A stretch of 64,000 bases of DNA, taken from assembly GCA_052033955.1 (NCBI GenBank), contig JBPOJD010000023.1:1602-65601 (forward strand), written 5' to 3'. Of this stretch, positions 38,711 through 47,979 are shown in pieces. Origin of the DNA: Candidatus Hydrogenedentota bacterium. GTDB taxonomy: Bacteria; Hydrogenedentota; Hydrogenedentia; Hydrogenedentales; SLHB01. The notes under the pieces are model-generated. The model worked only from the letters and a program-made list of their open reading frames with translations, made no database searches and had not been told where the DNA came from. The position numbers were made by a program, and so were the translations under genes. Position 1 is the first letter of the stretch; each line of letters opens with the position of its first letter.

Positions 38711-40075
38711 TCAGTTCGCGCCGACGAGATCGCAGAGGATCTGACCGACGTCGGTGTTGTCGAGATAGGCGCCGCGGCGCGGGTCTTCGTTCACCGCCTT
38801 GGCGACAAAGCGATCGGCGCCGCTGCCCTTCACAAACAGGGGGACCAGGCTGTTGGTGTGCCCGTCACTGTGATAGGCCATCCCCGGCATGACGCCCTTG
38901 CCGCGGTTCTCGACGGGCACGAATGCGCTGTCGTCCGCGCTGCCGGTCACATACCCCGTCTCGTGATCACCCGTCACGACGAGCAGCGTGTCGTCCCAAT
39001 TGCTGTGGGTTTCGATCCAGGCCACCACCGCCTCGACGGCCGCGTTGAAGTCCATCATTTCCTCGATCATGCGCCCGCCCTCGTTGGCATGATTGGCCCA
39101 GTCGACCGCGCCGCCCTCGATCATGAGCGCAAAGCCGTCCGGGCCCTTCGCGAGCACGCCGAGCGCTGCCGCGGCCATCTCCCCCAGCGTGGGCACTGCC
39201 GTATTGAGCGGCGTCGCCCCCGGGGCGTCGTCCTTGATATCGGCATCCGCGCCGGTCCGGTTCTTCTGAAGGGTCGTGGCGGCCTGCATGAGACCAAACA
39301 GGCGATCGGGCGGGTTCGCCGCCGCATCCAGCACTTCCTGACGGGTCTGGACGAGCGTCCAGGGATTGGGCTCGCCGTCGCCGTTCGCGTCGGCCCCGGC
39401 CGTCCCGGCCAGCAGCGCCAACCACGTGTCGGCGCCCCCGACATACCGGTACGACCCGGTCGTGACAATGCGGCCCTTCTCGTCGATCTGGGCGACCAGA
39501 CGGCTGTCCTCGTCGAACCACGGGTGGCCCGCACCCATGATTACATCGACCGGACTCTCCATAACCATCTGTCGCGCGATCCCCTCGTATTCGCCGCGTG
39601 AATTGCTGTGGGCCACAAAGCCCGCGGGCGTCGCGTGGCTGAACTGCACCGACGTGACGACGCCGGTCTTCTTGCCCGCCTTCTTGGCCAGGTGCAGCAT
39701 CCCCTCGAGCGGGTTGCCCTCGGGATCGACGCCAATGGCGCCGTCCGTGGTCTTCTGCCCCGTCGACAGGGCAGTCGCCGCGGCGGCGCTGTCGGTAGCG
39801 CCGGACTTGAGGTAGGCGAAGTCCGCGGCAGCCGCCTCGGGATCATAACCCTGGCCGCCGGCCGAATACGTGCTCATGGCCATGGACGCAAAGTCCTTGT
39901 GGTAGACCTGCGCCCCGGCCTCACCGGCGGTGAAGTAGTCGGTCGCCGCAATCTGTTCGGAGCCCCAGCCATCGGCGATCATGATGATGATGTTCTTGGG
40001 CTGGGCGGCCGCGCTGCCAGCAAGCGCAAACAGAACCATCGCCACCGCCAAGAGGGACAAGAAACGCGTCTTCAT
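38711..40075 (-). CDS. phoA: Alkaline phosphatase (PhoA family)
   Basis: ATG at 40075. A signal peptide is present. Motifs seen: IIIMIADGWG, a TDSAAAATA motif containing the expected catalytic Ser, GDHETG and HSDGHTN. Confidence 0.88.
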   Translation of the reverse strand: MKTRFLSLLAVAMVLFALAGSAAAQPKNIIIMIADGWGSEQIAATDYFTAGEAGAQVYHKDFASMAMSTYSAGGQGYDPEAAAADFAYLKSGATDSAAAATALSTGQKTTDGAIGVDPEGNPLEGMLHLAKKAGKKTGVVTSVQFSHATPAGFVAHSNSRGEYEGIARQMVMESPVDVIMGAGHPWFDEDSRLVAQIDEKGRIVTTGSYRYVGGADTWLALLAGTAGADANGDGEPNPWTLVQTRQEVLDAAANPPDRLFGLMQAATTLQKNRTGADADIKDDAPGATPLNTAVPTLGEMAAAALGVLAKGPDGFALMIEGGAVDWANHANEGGRMIEEMMDFNAAVEAVVAWIETHSNWDDTLLVVTGDHETGYVTGSADDSAFVPVENRGKGVMPGMAYHSDGHTNSLVPLFVKGSGADRFVAKAVNEDPRRGAYLDNTDVGQILCDLVGAN

Positions 40076-40112
40076 TGCGCAACTCCTGTAGTTTTCCGCA
40101 CAGAACAGCCTC

Positions 40113-40145
40113 AAGCATGACACGGCCCTGCCAGCAGCATGTCAG
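40113..40145 (-). promoter_or_regulatory. Pho-box-like phased repeats upstream of phoA
   Basis: The minus strand reads CTGACAT-gctg-CTGGCAG-ggcc-GTGTCAT, three 7-mers at 11-bp phasing. Two match CTGTCAT at 6 of 7 positions. Confidence 0.4.
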
Positions 40146-40163
40146 CAAAGCGTGTGCGTTGCG

Positions 40164-42833
40164 TTAGCGGGCCACTTCGAGCGGGGTCCGCAGGGCAATG
40201 GCATCGCTGGCGCCGCCCACCATGACCTCGAACACCCCGGGCTCCACGACCCATTCCATCTGACGGTTCAGCAGCTTCAGATGGTCAAACCCCAGTTCGA
40301 AGATCACCGTCCGGGTCTCGCCCGGCGCAAGGTGAATGCGGGCAAAGCCCTTGAGTTCCATCTCCGGCCGCACGACGCTGCTGATGAGGTCGTGGATGTA
40401 GAGCTGCACCACTTCATCGCCTGGACGCGTGCCCGTGTTCGTCACGTCGACCGAAACCGTCGTGCGGCCCTCCGGCCGGATGACCGGCGGCGCCAGACGC
40501 AGGGCGCTGTATTCAAAGGTCGTGTAGCTGAGTCCATGGCCAAACGCAAAGAGCGGATCGCGATCCATGTCGGTATACTGCTGGGGCCCGAAGACCGGCG
40601 CGTTGTAGTAGAGAGGAAGCTGGCCGACGCACTTCGGGAAACTCACCGGCAACCGTCCCGCAGGGTTGTAGTCGCCGAACAGCGCCTCGGCGATGGCCTG
40701 CCCGCCGAGTTCACCGCCAAACCACGCGTTGAGGATCGCGGGGACGTTTTCGGCCTCCCAGTTCAGGGTCATGGCCCGGCCAATCTGGAGCACGAGAACG
40801 GTCGGGGTGCCGGTGGCCTGGACCGCCTTGAGCAGGTCAAGCTGGTCGCCGGGCAGATCCAGGAAGGCGCGGTCGCGGCCTTCGCCGCAGGTCTCGCCCG
40901 AGTCGCCCAGGCAGACGATCGCCACATCGGCCTCACCGGCCAGCGCCACGGCGTCGTCGATGCTCGCAAGCTGATCATTCCAGCCCAGCACGACCTGCGC
41001 GGCGCTGTGGTCTTTCTTGAACTCGACGCGCACGTCGTAGACGTGCCCCGCCACAAAGCGGAAGGGCTTCTTCAGGCCGCTGTTGACGGCGCTGCCCTGA
41101 TCCCAGCCATCCACAAACAGCTCGCCGTCTATCCAGAGCCGCATACTGTCCGTGCTGGCCGTGCCAAGGAAGCCATCGAAGGTGTGGTCGGGCTTGAGCC
41201 GGCCGGTCCAGCGCACGCTGAACGGCTCCGGCCCAATCCCCTCCGCCGGTGTCGTGTAGATCCAATTGAAGCTGACGCTCGAATCGATCCGCACGAGTGC
41301 CGGCTCGCCCGCCAGGTCGGGGTTGTCGAAGTACTCGGCCCGCAGGCCCTGCCCGTTGTTGTCCGGCGGGGAAAGAAACTTGCGGTGTACCGGCTTGAGG
41401 TCGCCCAGCACGATGTCCGCGCCTTTGGTGAAGGTGACCTCGGTCTTCTTCGAGACGATCCGGCGGATCCCGTCGAGCACCGTCACGGGACTGAAGCCGT
41501 CGACCAGTGACGTGTAATCGCCCAGACGCGGGATGTCCGCGCTGGGTCCAAGCACGGCGATGCGCCGCAGATCCTTGGGCAACGGCAGCAGGCCGTCGTC
41601 GTTCTTCATCAGGCACAGCCCCTCGCGGGCAGACTGCAGCGCGACGTCCAGGTGCTCGCGGCAGCGGACACGCCGGGCGGCCAGCGCCGGGTCCGTATAC
41701 GGGTTCTCGAACAGGCCGAGCATGAACTTCGCGCGAAGGATCCGGCTCACCGCACGGTCGATCACCGCTTCGTCGAGCCGGCCCGACTCAACCAGGTCGA
41801 TCAGGGTCGGCTGAAAGAAGTCCCGCTCGTAGTCGTAGTATTGCAGGTCGAGACCCGCGTCCACCGCTTGCAGGATGGCTTCCTCACCGTCCCCGGCGAC
41901 GCAGTGGTCGGTGTGCAGGCGCCGCACGGCGCCGAGATCGCTGCGCACAAAGCCCTGAAAACCCCATTCGCCGCGCAGGATGTCCGTCAACAGCCACTTC
42001 GAGCCCGCGCACGGCACCCCGTCGATGCTGTTGTACGCGCACATGATGCCCATGGCCCCGCCTTCCACCACGGCGGCCTCGAAAACAGGGAGGTAATAGG
42101 TGCGCAGCTCGCGCTCGCCGGCTTGGCAGGGGGCGCAGTTCACGCCGCCCGCAGGGGCGCCATACCCCAAAAAATGCTTGGGTTCCGCGATGATGGCGTC
42201 GTCGGCCGAGAGGTCCTCGCCCTGCATGCCCTTGATCATCGCCACGCCCAGACGGCTGGTCAGCCACGTGTCCTCGCCGTAGTTCTCCTCCATCCGGCCC
42301 CAGCGGGGGTCACGGCAAAGGTCGAGCACCGGCCCAAAGGACTCGTGGATACCAAACGCGCGCGCTTCGGAGGCAATCGCCTTGCCGACCCGCCTCGCCA
42401 GCTCCGGGTTCCACGCGGCGCCCAGCGTGATCGCCTGGGGAAATATGGTCGCACCGGGCGAACACAGCCCGTGCAGGGCCTCTTCGCTGAACAGGATGGG
42501 AATCCCGAGCCGCGTCTTCTCGACGGCGTACTTCTGGAGCTGGTTGGTCACCTCGGCCGTCGGCGGGTACAGGTCGTGAATGCACCCCAACCCCAAGCGC
42601 CCGATCAGACTTTCGACCTTGGCCATCAACAGCTTGCCGTCCCGGGCCATCGCCGTGCCCGAACCCGGGAACTTCTTGTCCACGAAGTTGTTAACGCCGT
42701 GGTACTGGTCCATCTGGCGGACCTTTTCCTCCAGGGACATGCGCGCAAGCAGGTCCTCGAGCCGTTCCTCAATCGGAAGGCTGGCGTCCTTGTACGCGAC
42801 GTACTGCTCTTCTGTCCGGACCGAATCGACCAT
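40164..42833 (-). CDS. GH3 beta-glucosidase with a PA14 insertion
   Basis: ATG at 42833 (MVDSVRTEEQY...). GH3 motifs are present (LGIPILFSEEALHG, GFVRSDLGA). A PA14-like segment reads GLRAEYFDNPDLAGEP...SVRWTGRLKP. The track ORF to 43652 is an artefactual extension. Confidence 0.85.
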   Translation of the reverse strand: MVDSVRTEEQYVAYKDASLPIEERLEDLLARMSLEEKVRQMDQYHGVNNFVDKKFPGSGTAMARDGKLLMAKVESLIGRLGLGCIHDLYPPTAEVTNQLQKYAVEKTRLGIPILFSEEALHGLCSPGATIFPQAITLGAAWNPELARRVGKAIASEARAFGIHESFGPVLDLCRDPRWGRMEENYGEDTWLTSRLGVAMIKGMQGEDLSADDAIIAEPKHFLGYGAPAGGVNCAPCQAGERELRTYYLPVFEAAVVEGGAMGIMCAYNSIDGVPCAGSKWLLTDILRGEWGFQGFVRSDLGAVRRLHTDHCVAGDGEEAILQAVDAGLDLQYYDYERDFFQPTLIDLVESGRLDEAVIDRAVSRILRAKFMLGLFENPYTDPALAARRVRCREHLDVALQSAREGLCLMKNDDGLLPLPKDLRRIAVLGPSADIPRLGDYTSLVDGFSPVTVLDGIRRIVSKKTEVTFTKGADIVLGDLKPVHRKFLSPPDNNGQGLRAEYFDNPDLAGEPALVRIDSSVSFNWIYTTPAEGIGPEPFSVRWTGRLKPDHTFDGFLGTASTDSMRLWIDGELFVDGWDQGSAVNSGLKKPFRFVAGHVYDVRVEFKKDHSAAQVVLGWNDQLASIDDAVALAGEADVAIVCLGDSGETCGEGRDRAFLDLPGDQLDLLKAVQATGTPTVLVLQIGRAMTLNWEAENVPAILNAWFGGELGGQAIAEALFGDYNPAGRLPVSFPKCVGQLPLYYNAPVFGPQQYTDMDRDPLFAFGHGLSYTTFEYSALRLAPPVIRPEGRTTVSVDVTNTGTRPGDEVVQLYIHDLISSVVRPEMELKGFARIHLAPGETRTVIFELGFDHLKLLNRQMEWVVEPGVFEVMVGGASDAIALRTPLEVAR

Positions 42834-43004
42834 GCGGAAAAAAACCTCTTTAAAATGGTAAGCGCCACCCGCAGATGCTGCGGGAATAGATGTGGAAATA
42901 GCGCCAAGCCCAAGATTGGGTAGAGCATACCCCAAAGTCTTCCCGGAAGGCAATTCCTGCAACAGATTTTGCGCCGCCCGGCCCCGGGATGCTAGGCTCG
43001 CCGC

Positions 43005-43814
43005 ATGGAAATCATTGACTTTCACGCGCACGCCTTTCCGGACGCCGTAGCCGTCCGCGCGGTGCCGCTGCTCGAGAAGGAAGGGCACGTCACCGCCATG
43101 ACCGACGGCACCGCGGCCGGGCTCGTGGCGTCCATGGACCGTGCGGGCATTCGCCGCTCGGTTGTCGCGTCCATCGCCACCAAGCCCCAGCAGTTCGCGC
43201 CCATCTTGGCGTGGTCGGCCGAGATCGCCTCGGACCGGCTCGTTCCCTTCCCATCGGTGCATCCCGCCGCGGCAGATCCCGCCGACGAAGTGCGCCGGAT
43301 CGCCGCTTCGGGGTTCCGCGGCATCAAGATGCACCCCTACTACCAGGACTTCGACCTCGACGAGGACCGCCTCCTGCCACTCTACCGCGCGGTGGCCGAG
43401 GAAGGACTCGTGCTGCTCATGCATACGGGCTTCGATATCGCTTTTGACCGCGTGCGCAAGGCCGACCCGGTCCGCGCGTTGCGGGTACTGGACGCGGTGC
43501 CGGACCTCCTGCTGGTGACGAGCCACTGGGGGGCGTGGGAAGACTGGGACGAGGTCGAGAAGCACCTGCTGGGACAGCCCATCTACATGGACATCTCGTT
43601 CGCGCTGCAATTCCAGCCGGTCGAACGCAGCCGTGCGTGGATCCTGGCGCATCCCGGCGAGTTCATCCTGTTCGGCACGGATTCACCGTGGAGCGCGCAG
43701 GATGCAACCTTGGACTACGTGCGCGCGCTGCGCCTGGACGCCAGTCTGGAGGCCGCAATTCTCGGCGGCAATGCGGCCCGGCTGCTCGGACAAAGCCGCC
43801 GCCTCGCCGACTGA
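43005..43814 (+). CDS. Amidohydrolase-2 family (TIM-barrel metal hydrolase)
   Basis: Motifs seen: MEIIDFHAHAFP, GIKMHPYYQDF, LLMHTG and FGTDSPW. Confidence 0.75.
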   Translation: MEIIDFHAHAFPDAVAVRAVPLLEKEGHVTAMTDGTAAGLVASMDRAGIRRSVVASIATKPQQFAPILAWSAEIASDRLVPFPSVHPAAADPADEVRRIAASGFRGIKMHPYYQDFDLDEDRLLPLYRAVAEEGLVLLMHTGFDIAFDRVRKADPVRALRVLDAVPDLLLVTSHWGAWEDWDEVEKHLLGQPIYMDISFALQFQPVERSRAWILAHPGEFILFGTDSPWSAQDATLDYVRALRLDASLEAAILGGNAARLLGQSRRLAD

Positions 43815-43841
43815 GCACCCCCGCGCCGGTAGCCTCCCTGT

Positions 43842-45125
43842 TCACGCCGCGCCCTGCTCCTGCAACGTCCTGTGAAACGCATCATAGGCGACGGCCGCCG
43901 CGTTCTGGGCCGCCGCCCGAACACGGTTGATTTCGTCAAAGCGTTCCGCGAGGACCGCCACGACGTTCTTGTCCAGTTCGTCCTCATCCGCCATGGCGAA
44001 CAGCACGCCCAGGGCGTCCTCCTTGCTCATACCGGGACGGTATGGGCGGTCTTCGGTGATGGCGGTGAACACGTCCGCCACGGCCATCACCCGCGCGCCA
44101 AGCGGCAGCGCTTCGGCGGTGAACGCAAAGGGATAGCCGCTTCCGCTCAACCGCTCCTGATGCAAGGTACCCCACGACGTGATCAGGTCAAGCGCCGGAA
44201 CAGGCTGGAGAATCTCGTACGTGTAGTACACGTGCGTGCGCATGACCGCCCGCTCGTCCTCAGTCAACGCGCCGGGCTTCTCGAGAATCTCGGAGGGAAT
44301 CGCCAGCTTGCCGAGATCGTGCAGAAAGGCCGCGATCTCCATCAGCTTCTGATCGCCCGGGGAGAACCCCAACGCGCTCGACAACGCAACCGAGGTCGCC
44401 GCAACGCCCGACGAATGCGTGGCCGTAAACGCGCTCTTGAAGTCGATCACCCGGCACAGCAACCGCGCGAACGACAGCAGGCCATCCAGGTCGAGCGGCG
44501 CGCGCCAGCCCTGTATGACGCGCGAGAAGATTGTCTCAATCCGCTGCGAGGCCGCCTCGAGCCAGATCACGTCGCGACGCGCCAGCCGCTGCAACGCCTG
44601 CACGAGCTCGGGCGCGAACCGGCTGCCGGCGTGACGACTGACGGCATCGACGAGGGTCGGGACCTGCCCGAGCACGGGCGCATCCGGATCGAACAGCACC
44701 GCGAGGCGATCCGCCAAATGAATCACGTGGGCGCCCACCGGCACCTCCTGCCCCCGAAAGATGCGTCCCGCGCCATCTTCCCAGGGAACGTGATGGAAAC
44801 GGATCAGACGCGCGATCGCCGCCAACGGCGGAAAGCCCTCGAGCAGCATCGCCCCGGCGATCGCGTGCCCATGCGGCGATTGCTCTTCGAAATCGAGCAG
44901 ATCGACGCGCTCTCGGGCCGAGAAGGCGCCAATATCATGCAGGGAGCCCGCAATGGCCACCGCACGCCGGTCGTCTTCGGAAAAACCCGCTTCCTCGGCG
45001 ATGCGGTACCCGAGATAGGAAACCTGCATGTGGTGCCGCGCCAGTGCGGGCGACATCAGGTCAATCGTCCGCGCGAGCGGCGGAATCAGATCGGACAGGT
45101 CGATATTCAGCGTGTGCTCGCCCAT
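43842..45125 (-). CDS. Tandem HD / HD-GYP domain phosphohydrolase (likely c-di-GMP phosphodiesterase)
   Basis: The first HD domain has SLHDIGA...RFHHVPW. The second has FLHDLGKLAIP...LHQERLSGSGYP...MAVADVFTAITEDRPYR. Confidence 0.8.
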   Translation of the reverse strand: MGEHTLNIDLSDLIPPLARTIDLMSPALARHHMQVSYLGYRIAEEAGFSEDDRRAVAIAGSLHDIGAFSARERVDLLDFEEQSPHGHAIAGAMLLEGFPPLAAIARLIRFHHVPWEDGAGRIFRGQEVPVGAHVIHLADRLAVLFDPDAPVLGQVPTLVDAVSRHAGSRFAPELVQALQRLARRDVIWLEAASQRIETIFSRVIQGWRAPLDLDGLLSFARLLCRVIDFKSAFTATHSSGVAATSVALSSALGFSPGDQKLMEIAAFLHDLGKLAIPSEILEKPGALTEDERAVMRTHVYYTYEILQPVPALDLITSWGTLHQERLSGSGYPFAFTAEALPLGARVMAVADVFTAITEDRPYRPGMSKEDALGVLFAMADEDELDKNVVAVLAERFDEINRVRAAAQNAAAVAYDAFHRTLQEQGAA

Positions 45126-45390
45126 TTGGCCACTCCCCTGCGCGGCTGCGGTCAGACCACCTCCCTATAGCATGCCGGGAATGGCGAGGGAAATACCATC
45201 CGGTGACACGGCGGCGGGAGGCTGACATGAGGCGCTGGTGTGGTCAAGCGATACGGGACACGCGGTGAGGTGCGGATGTATAATGATGTGGGGTTTGATG
45301 TTCGAAGACGCGGGGGGCGTGAATAGTCTTCCATCACTGGTGTATAAAAGTGGCGGGGATACAACCATTCCCGGAAAGGGAGGTGCCGTC

Positions 45391-46389
45391 GTGGATAACA
45401 AAGGCAGTGCATTGGCATGGCTTGTCGCCGGGGTGGCCGTCGTGGCGTTCCTGGGGGCCTTGGCGTGGGGCCTGAGCATGCAGCAGCGTGTCGCCACGCT
45501 TTCCAGGCAGGTCACGGATACGGAAACGCGCGCGCAGGAGTTCAAACAGCAGGCCGAGCGCCAGGTCACGCGGCAGGCCGAGGAAATCCAGCAGCTGGAA
45601 ACGCAACTGACCCGCCTCGAAGAGACCGTGGCGACCGTCGAGGGCGGACAGCCGGCCGTGCCTCCAGCGGGCCTGGGCGAGTTGATGGCCGGCGCAGTCG
45701 CGAACCAGGAAGATGCGGCGCCGTCCGGCGCGTCGGCCGAAGGCGGCATGCAGCAGATGCTCAAGATGTACGAGGGCGAACAGGGCAAGAAGTTTGCCCA
45801 GGTCAGCGCCAACGCCGCCGTCAACATGTACTACGGCGATCTGTTTGAACAGTTGGACCTGCCCCCCGAGGCCGAACAGCGCGTGCGCGAAATTCTGGCC
45901 AACCATCTGGCGGAACAGATCCAGACCGGCGCGCAGATGATGGCACGCACCACCACGGCCGCTGAGCGCAAGCAGTATGACGAGGACATGAAAGCCGCGC
46001 TGCGCAGTGACCTCTCCGAGGTGCTCAATGACACCGGGCTGGGCATCTACGATGCGTACCAGGAGGGATTTCAGGAACGGGTGATGCGTCAAAGCTACGA
46101 CATGCAGCTTGGCATGTTCGCGCCGGGACTGGCGCAGGAAAACCGCGAGATGGTGGTGGACGTGCTGGTCGAGGAATTGCGGTCAAGCGCCGAGGCCGGC
46201 GATTCGCCCTTCGTGAATCAACCCGAACCCGGCGACCAACTCGATGCCCTCGAGCGCAGCCGGATGCGCCTGAGCACGGTGCTCGATGATGAGCAGATGA
46301 AAGAGGTCGACCGCTTTATTGGCCAGCAACGTGCCGCACTGGAGATGTTCCAGGACATGATGGGCGCCCCGAAGGCGGCGGACGAGTAA
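45391..46389 (+). CDS. Membrane-anchored coiled-coil hypothetical protein
   Basis: GTG at 45391 sits behind a GGGAGGTG Shine-Dalgarno. The TM is LAWLVAGVAVVAFLGALAWGL. A Q/E/R-rich coiled coil follows. Confidence 0.55.
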   Translation: MDNKGSALAWLVAGVAVVAFLGALAWGLSMQQRVATLSRQVTDTETRAQEFKQQAERQVTRQAEEIQQLETQLTRLEETVATVEGGQPAVPPAGLGELMAGAVANQEDAAPSGASAEGGMQQMLKMYEGEQGKKFAQVSANAAVNMYYGDLFEQLDLPPEAEQRVREILANHLAEQIQTGAQMMARTTTAAERKQYDEDMKAALRSDLSEVLNDTGLGIYDAYQEGFQERVMRQSYDMQLGMFAPGLAQENREMVVDVLVEELRSSAEAGDSPFVNQPEPGDQLDALERSRMRLSTVLDDEQMKEVDRFIGQQRAALEMFQDMMGAPKAADE

Positions 46390-46391
46390 AA

Positions 46392-47417
46392 CTAGGATGC
46401 CGCCGGACGCCGCTTGGGCTGTGGCGCGGCGAGCTTGACGACCAACAACTCGAGCGACAGCGCGCTGTCAATGCCCGTGCTGCGGATCATGAAATGCGTG
46501 TCCGTGCACAGGGCAAAGGCGGCGCGCAGCTTTTCGAGCCCGAGCTTGTCTGCCAGCGGCGTCACTTTGCGCGCCACGAAGGGGTTGATCTTTGGTTTGC
46601 CGTTGCCCGCGGAGGCCACCGCGTAGGCGCTGGTCAGCAGCCAGTTGATGATGCCCATCAGTTCGTCAGGCTGCTTGCCCAGGTCGATCAGTTTGCGCAA
46701 TGACCGCAGCGCCGCGCCCGTCTGGGACGACGCAATCGCATCGGTCAGCGCCCACACTTCCTCCTCGGCCACGTCCGCGCAGGCGGCCACGACGTCCGCC
46801 TCGGCGATCGCGGCGCGCTCGCCCACGTAGCCGATCAGCACATTCAAGGCGTTGTTGAGATCGCTCAGATGCGTGCCGCTGCGCCCCACAAGCGCCACCA
46901 CCGCCGGGCCTTCAATGCGCTTGCCCCGCGCGGCCGCTTCCTGCCGCACCCACTGCGCCGCCTCGCGGTCGTTCAGCTCGGGACACTCGACCACCACCCC
47001 CGCGGTGCCGCACTGCTTGAAGAACTTCGTCCGCCGATCGATGCTGGAGGCCAGCAGGATCAGCACGGTCGATTCGGACGGATTCTCCAGGTAGGCCAGG
47101 AGCGCCTTGCCCGCCGCCTCGGTCTGATAGCGTTCGGCGCCCCGCACCAGCACCACCCGCCGCTCCACGAGAAACGGCAAGGTCTGAGCCTCGAGCACGA
47201 CTTCCTCCTCGCGCACTTCGTCCGCGTGAAAGGTCGTATAGGTGAGGTCCTTGAGCGTGGGATCGACAAGGGTATTGACGAGCCGTTCGATGGCCTGTTC
47301 GGCCAGAAACGGCTCAAAGGACGAGCCCTTGATCCCCTGGCCCTTCGCCGGGCAGAAGAGATAGACCTTGGCGGGCGGCTGCGCGACCGGCTGTTCGAGG
47401 AACTCGCTGATTGTCAC
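46392..47417 (-). CDS. holA: DNA polymerase III delta subunit
   Basis: GTG at 47417, 4 nt after the lptE stop. The fold signature is delta-like (VYLFCP..., VVLVRGAERY, ...NALNVLIGY...). lptE-holA synteny supports the call. Confidence 0.75.
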   Translation of the reverse strand: MTISEFLEQPVAQPPAKVYLFCPAKGQGIKGSSFEPFLAEQAIERLVNTLVDPTLKDLTYTTFHADEVREEEVVLEAQTLPFLVERRVVLVRGAERYQTEAAGKALLAYLENPSESTVLILLASSIDRRTKFFKQCGTAGVVVECPELNDREAAQWVRQEAAARGKRIEGPAVVALVGRSGTHLSDLNNALNVLIGYVGERAAIAEADVVAACADVAEEEVWALTDAIASSQTGAALRSLRKLIDLGKQPDELMGIINWLLTSAYAVASAGNGKPKINPFVARKVTPLADKLGLEKLRAAFALCTDTHFMIRSTGIDSALSLELLVVKLAAPQPKRRPAAS

Positions 47418-47421
47418 GGGA

Positions 47422-47979
47422 TTACCAGGGTTCGATGGTGCGGTAGAAAATGTCGGAGGCCAGCTGCTCGAGTGCCTCGGACGCGCCGCGGTTTTCCTCT
47501 TCCGTGGCGAAGGATCGGACCGTCGGCAGGAACACCTCGGCGTTGCCGCGCAGGCGGTCCGAGGACTGGCCGGACGCGCGTGTGTAGAAACTGCTCTCAC
47601 CGGCCATGAGCTTCTCTTCCCACAGGACCGTGCCCGTTCCGAGGTCGGTCACGCGCACACCGGCCGTCACCAGCAGAAGGAACTGCGTCACCTCGTCCGC
47701 GGCGTCGTAGGTCAGCCCCTTGAGCCGGTAGTCGAGGATCACCCCCTCGAGCAACAGGTCCGCCTCGTCCATCGGCACCACGCTCAGGCGGGTATCGGTC
47801 ATGAACTTGCGGATCACCGCATTGGTGAGCGGCGCCTGCAGGTCGTACTCCTTGCTGAGACTGACGAAGGGGGCCACGTGGATCGTCTGGTACTTCGCAT
47901 CCAGCGTGGCCTGCGTCGAGTACCCGCAACCGGCCAGCGCCAACGCGCCCAGCGCCAGTATCGCCGCGACCGGTCTCAT
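47422..47979 (-). CDS. lptE: LPS-assembly lipoprotein LptE
   Basis: A lipobox is present (LALAGC). The size (185 aa) and the position immediately upstream of holA match proteobacteria. Confidence 0.65.
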   Translation of the reverse strand: MRPVAAILALGALALAGCGYSTQATLDAKYQTIHVAPFVSLSKEYDLQAPLTNAVIRKFMTDTRLSVVPMDEADLLLEGVILDYRLKGLTYDAADEVTQFLLLVTAGVRVTDLGTGTVLWEEKLMAGESSFYTRASGQSSDRLRGNAEVFLPTVRSFATEEENRGASEALEQLASDIFYRTIEPW

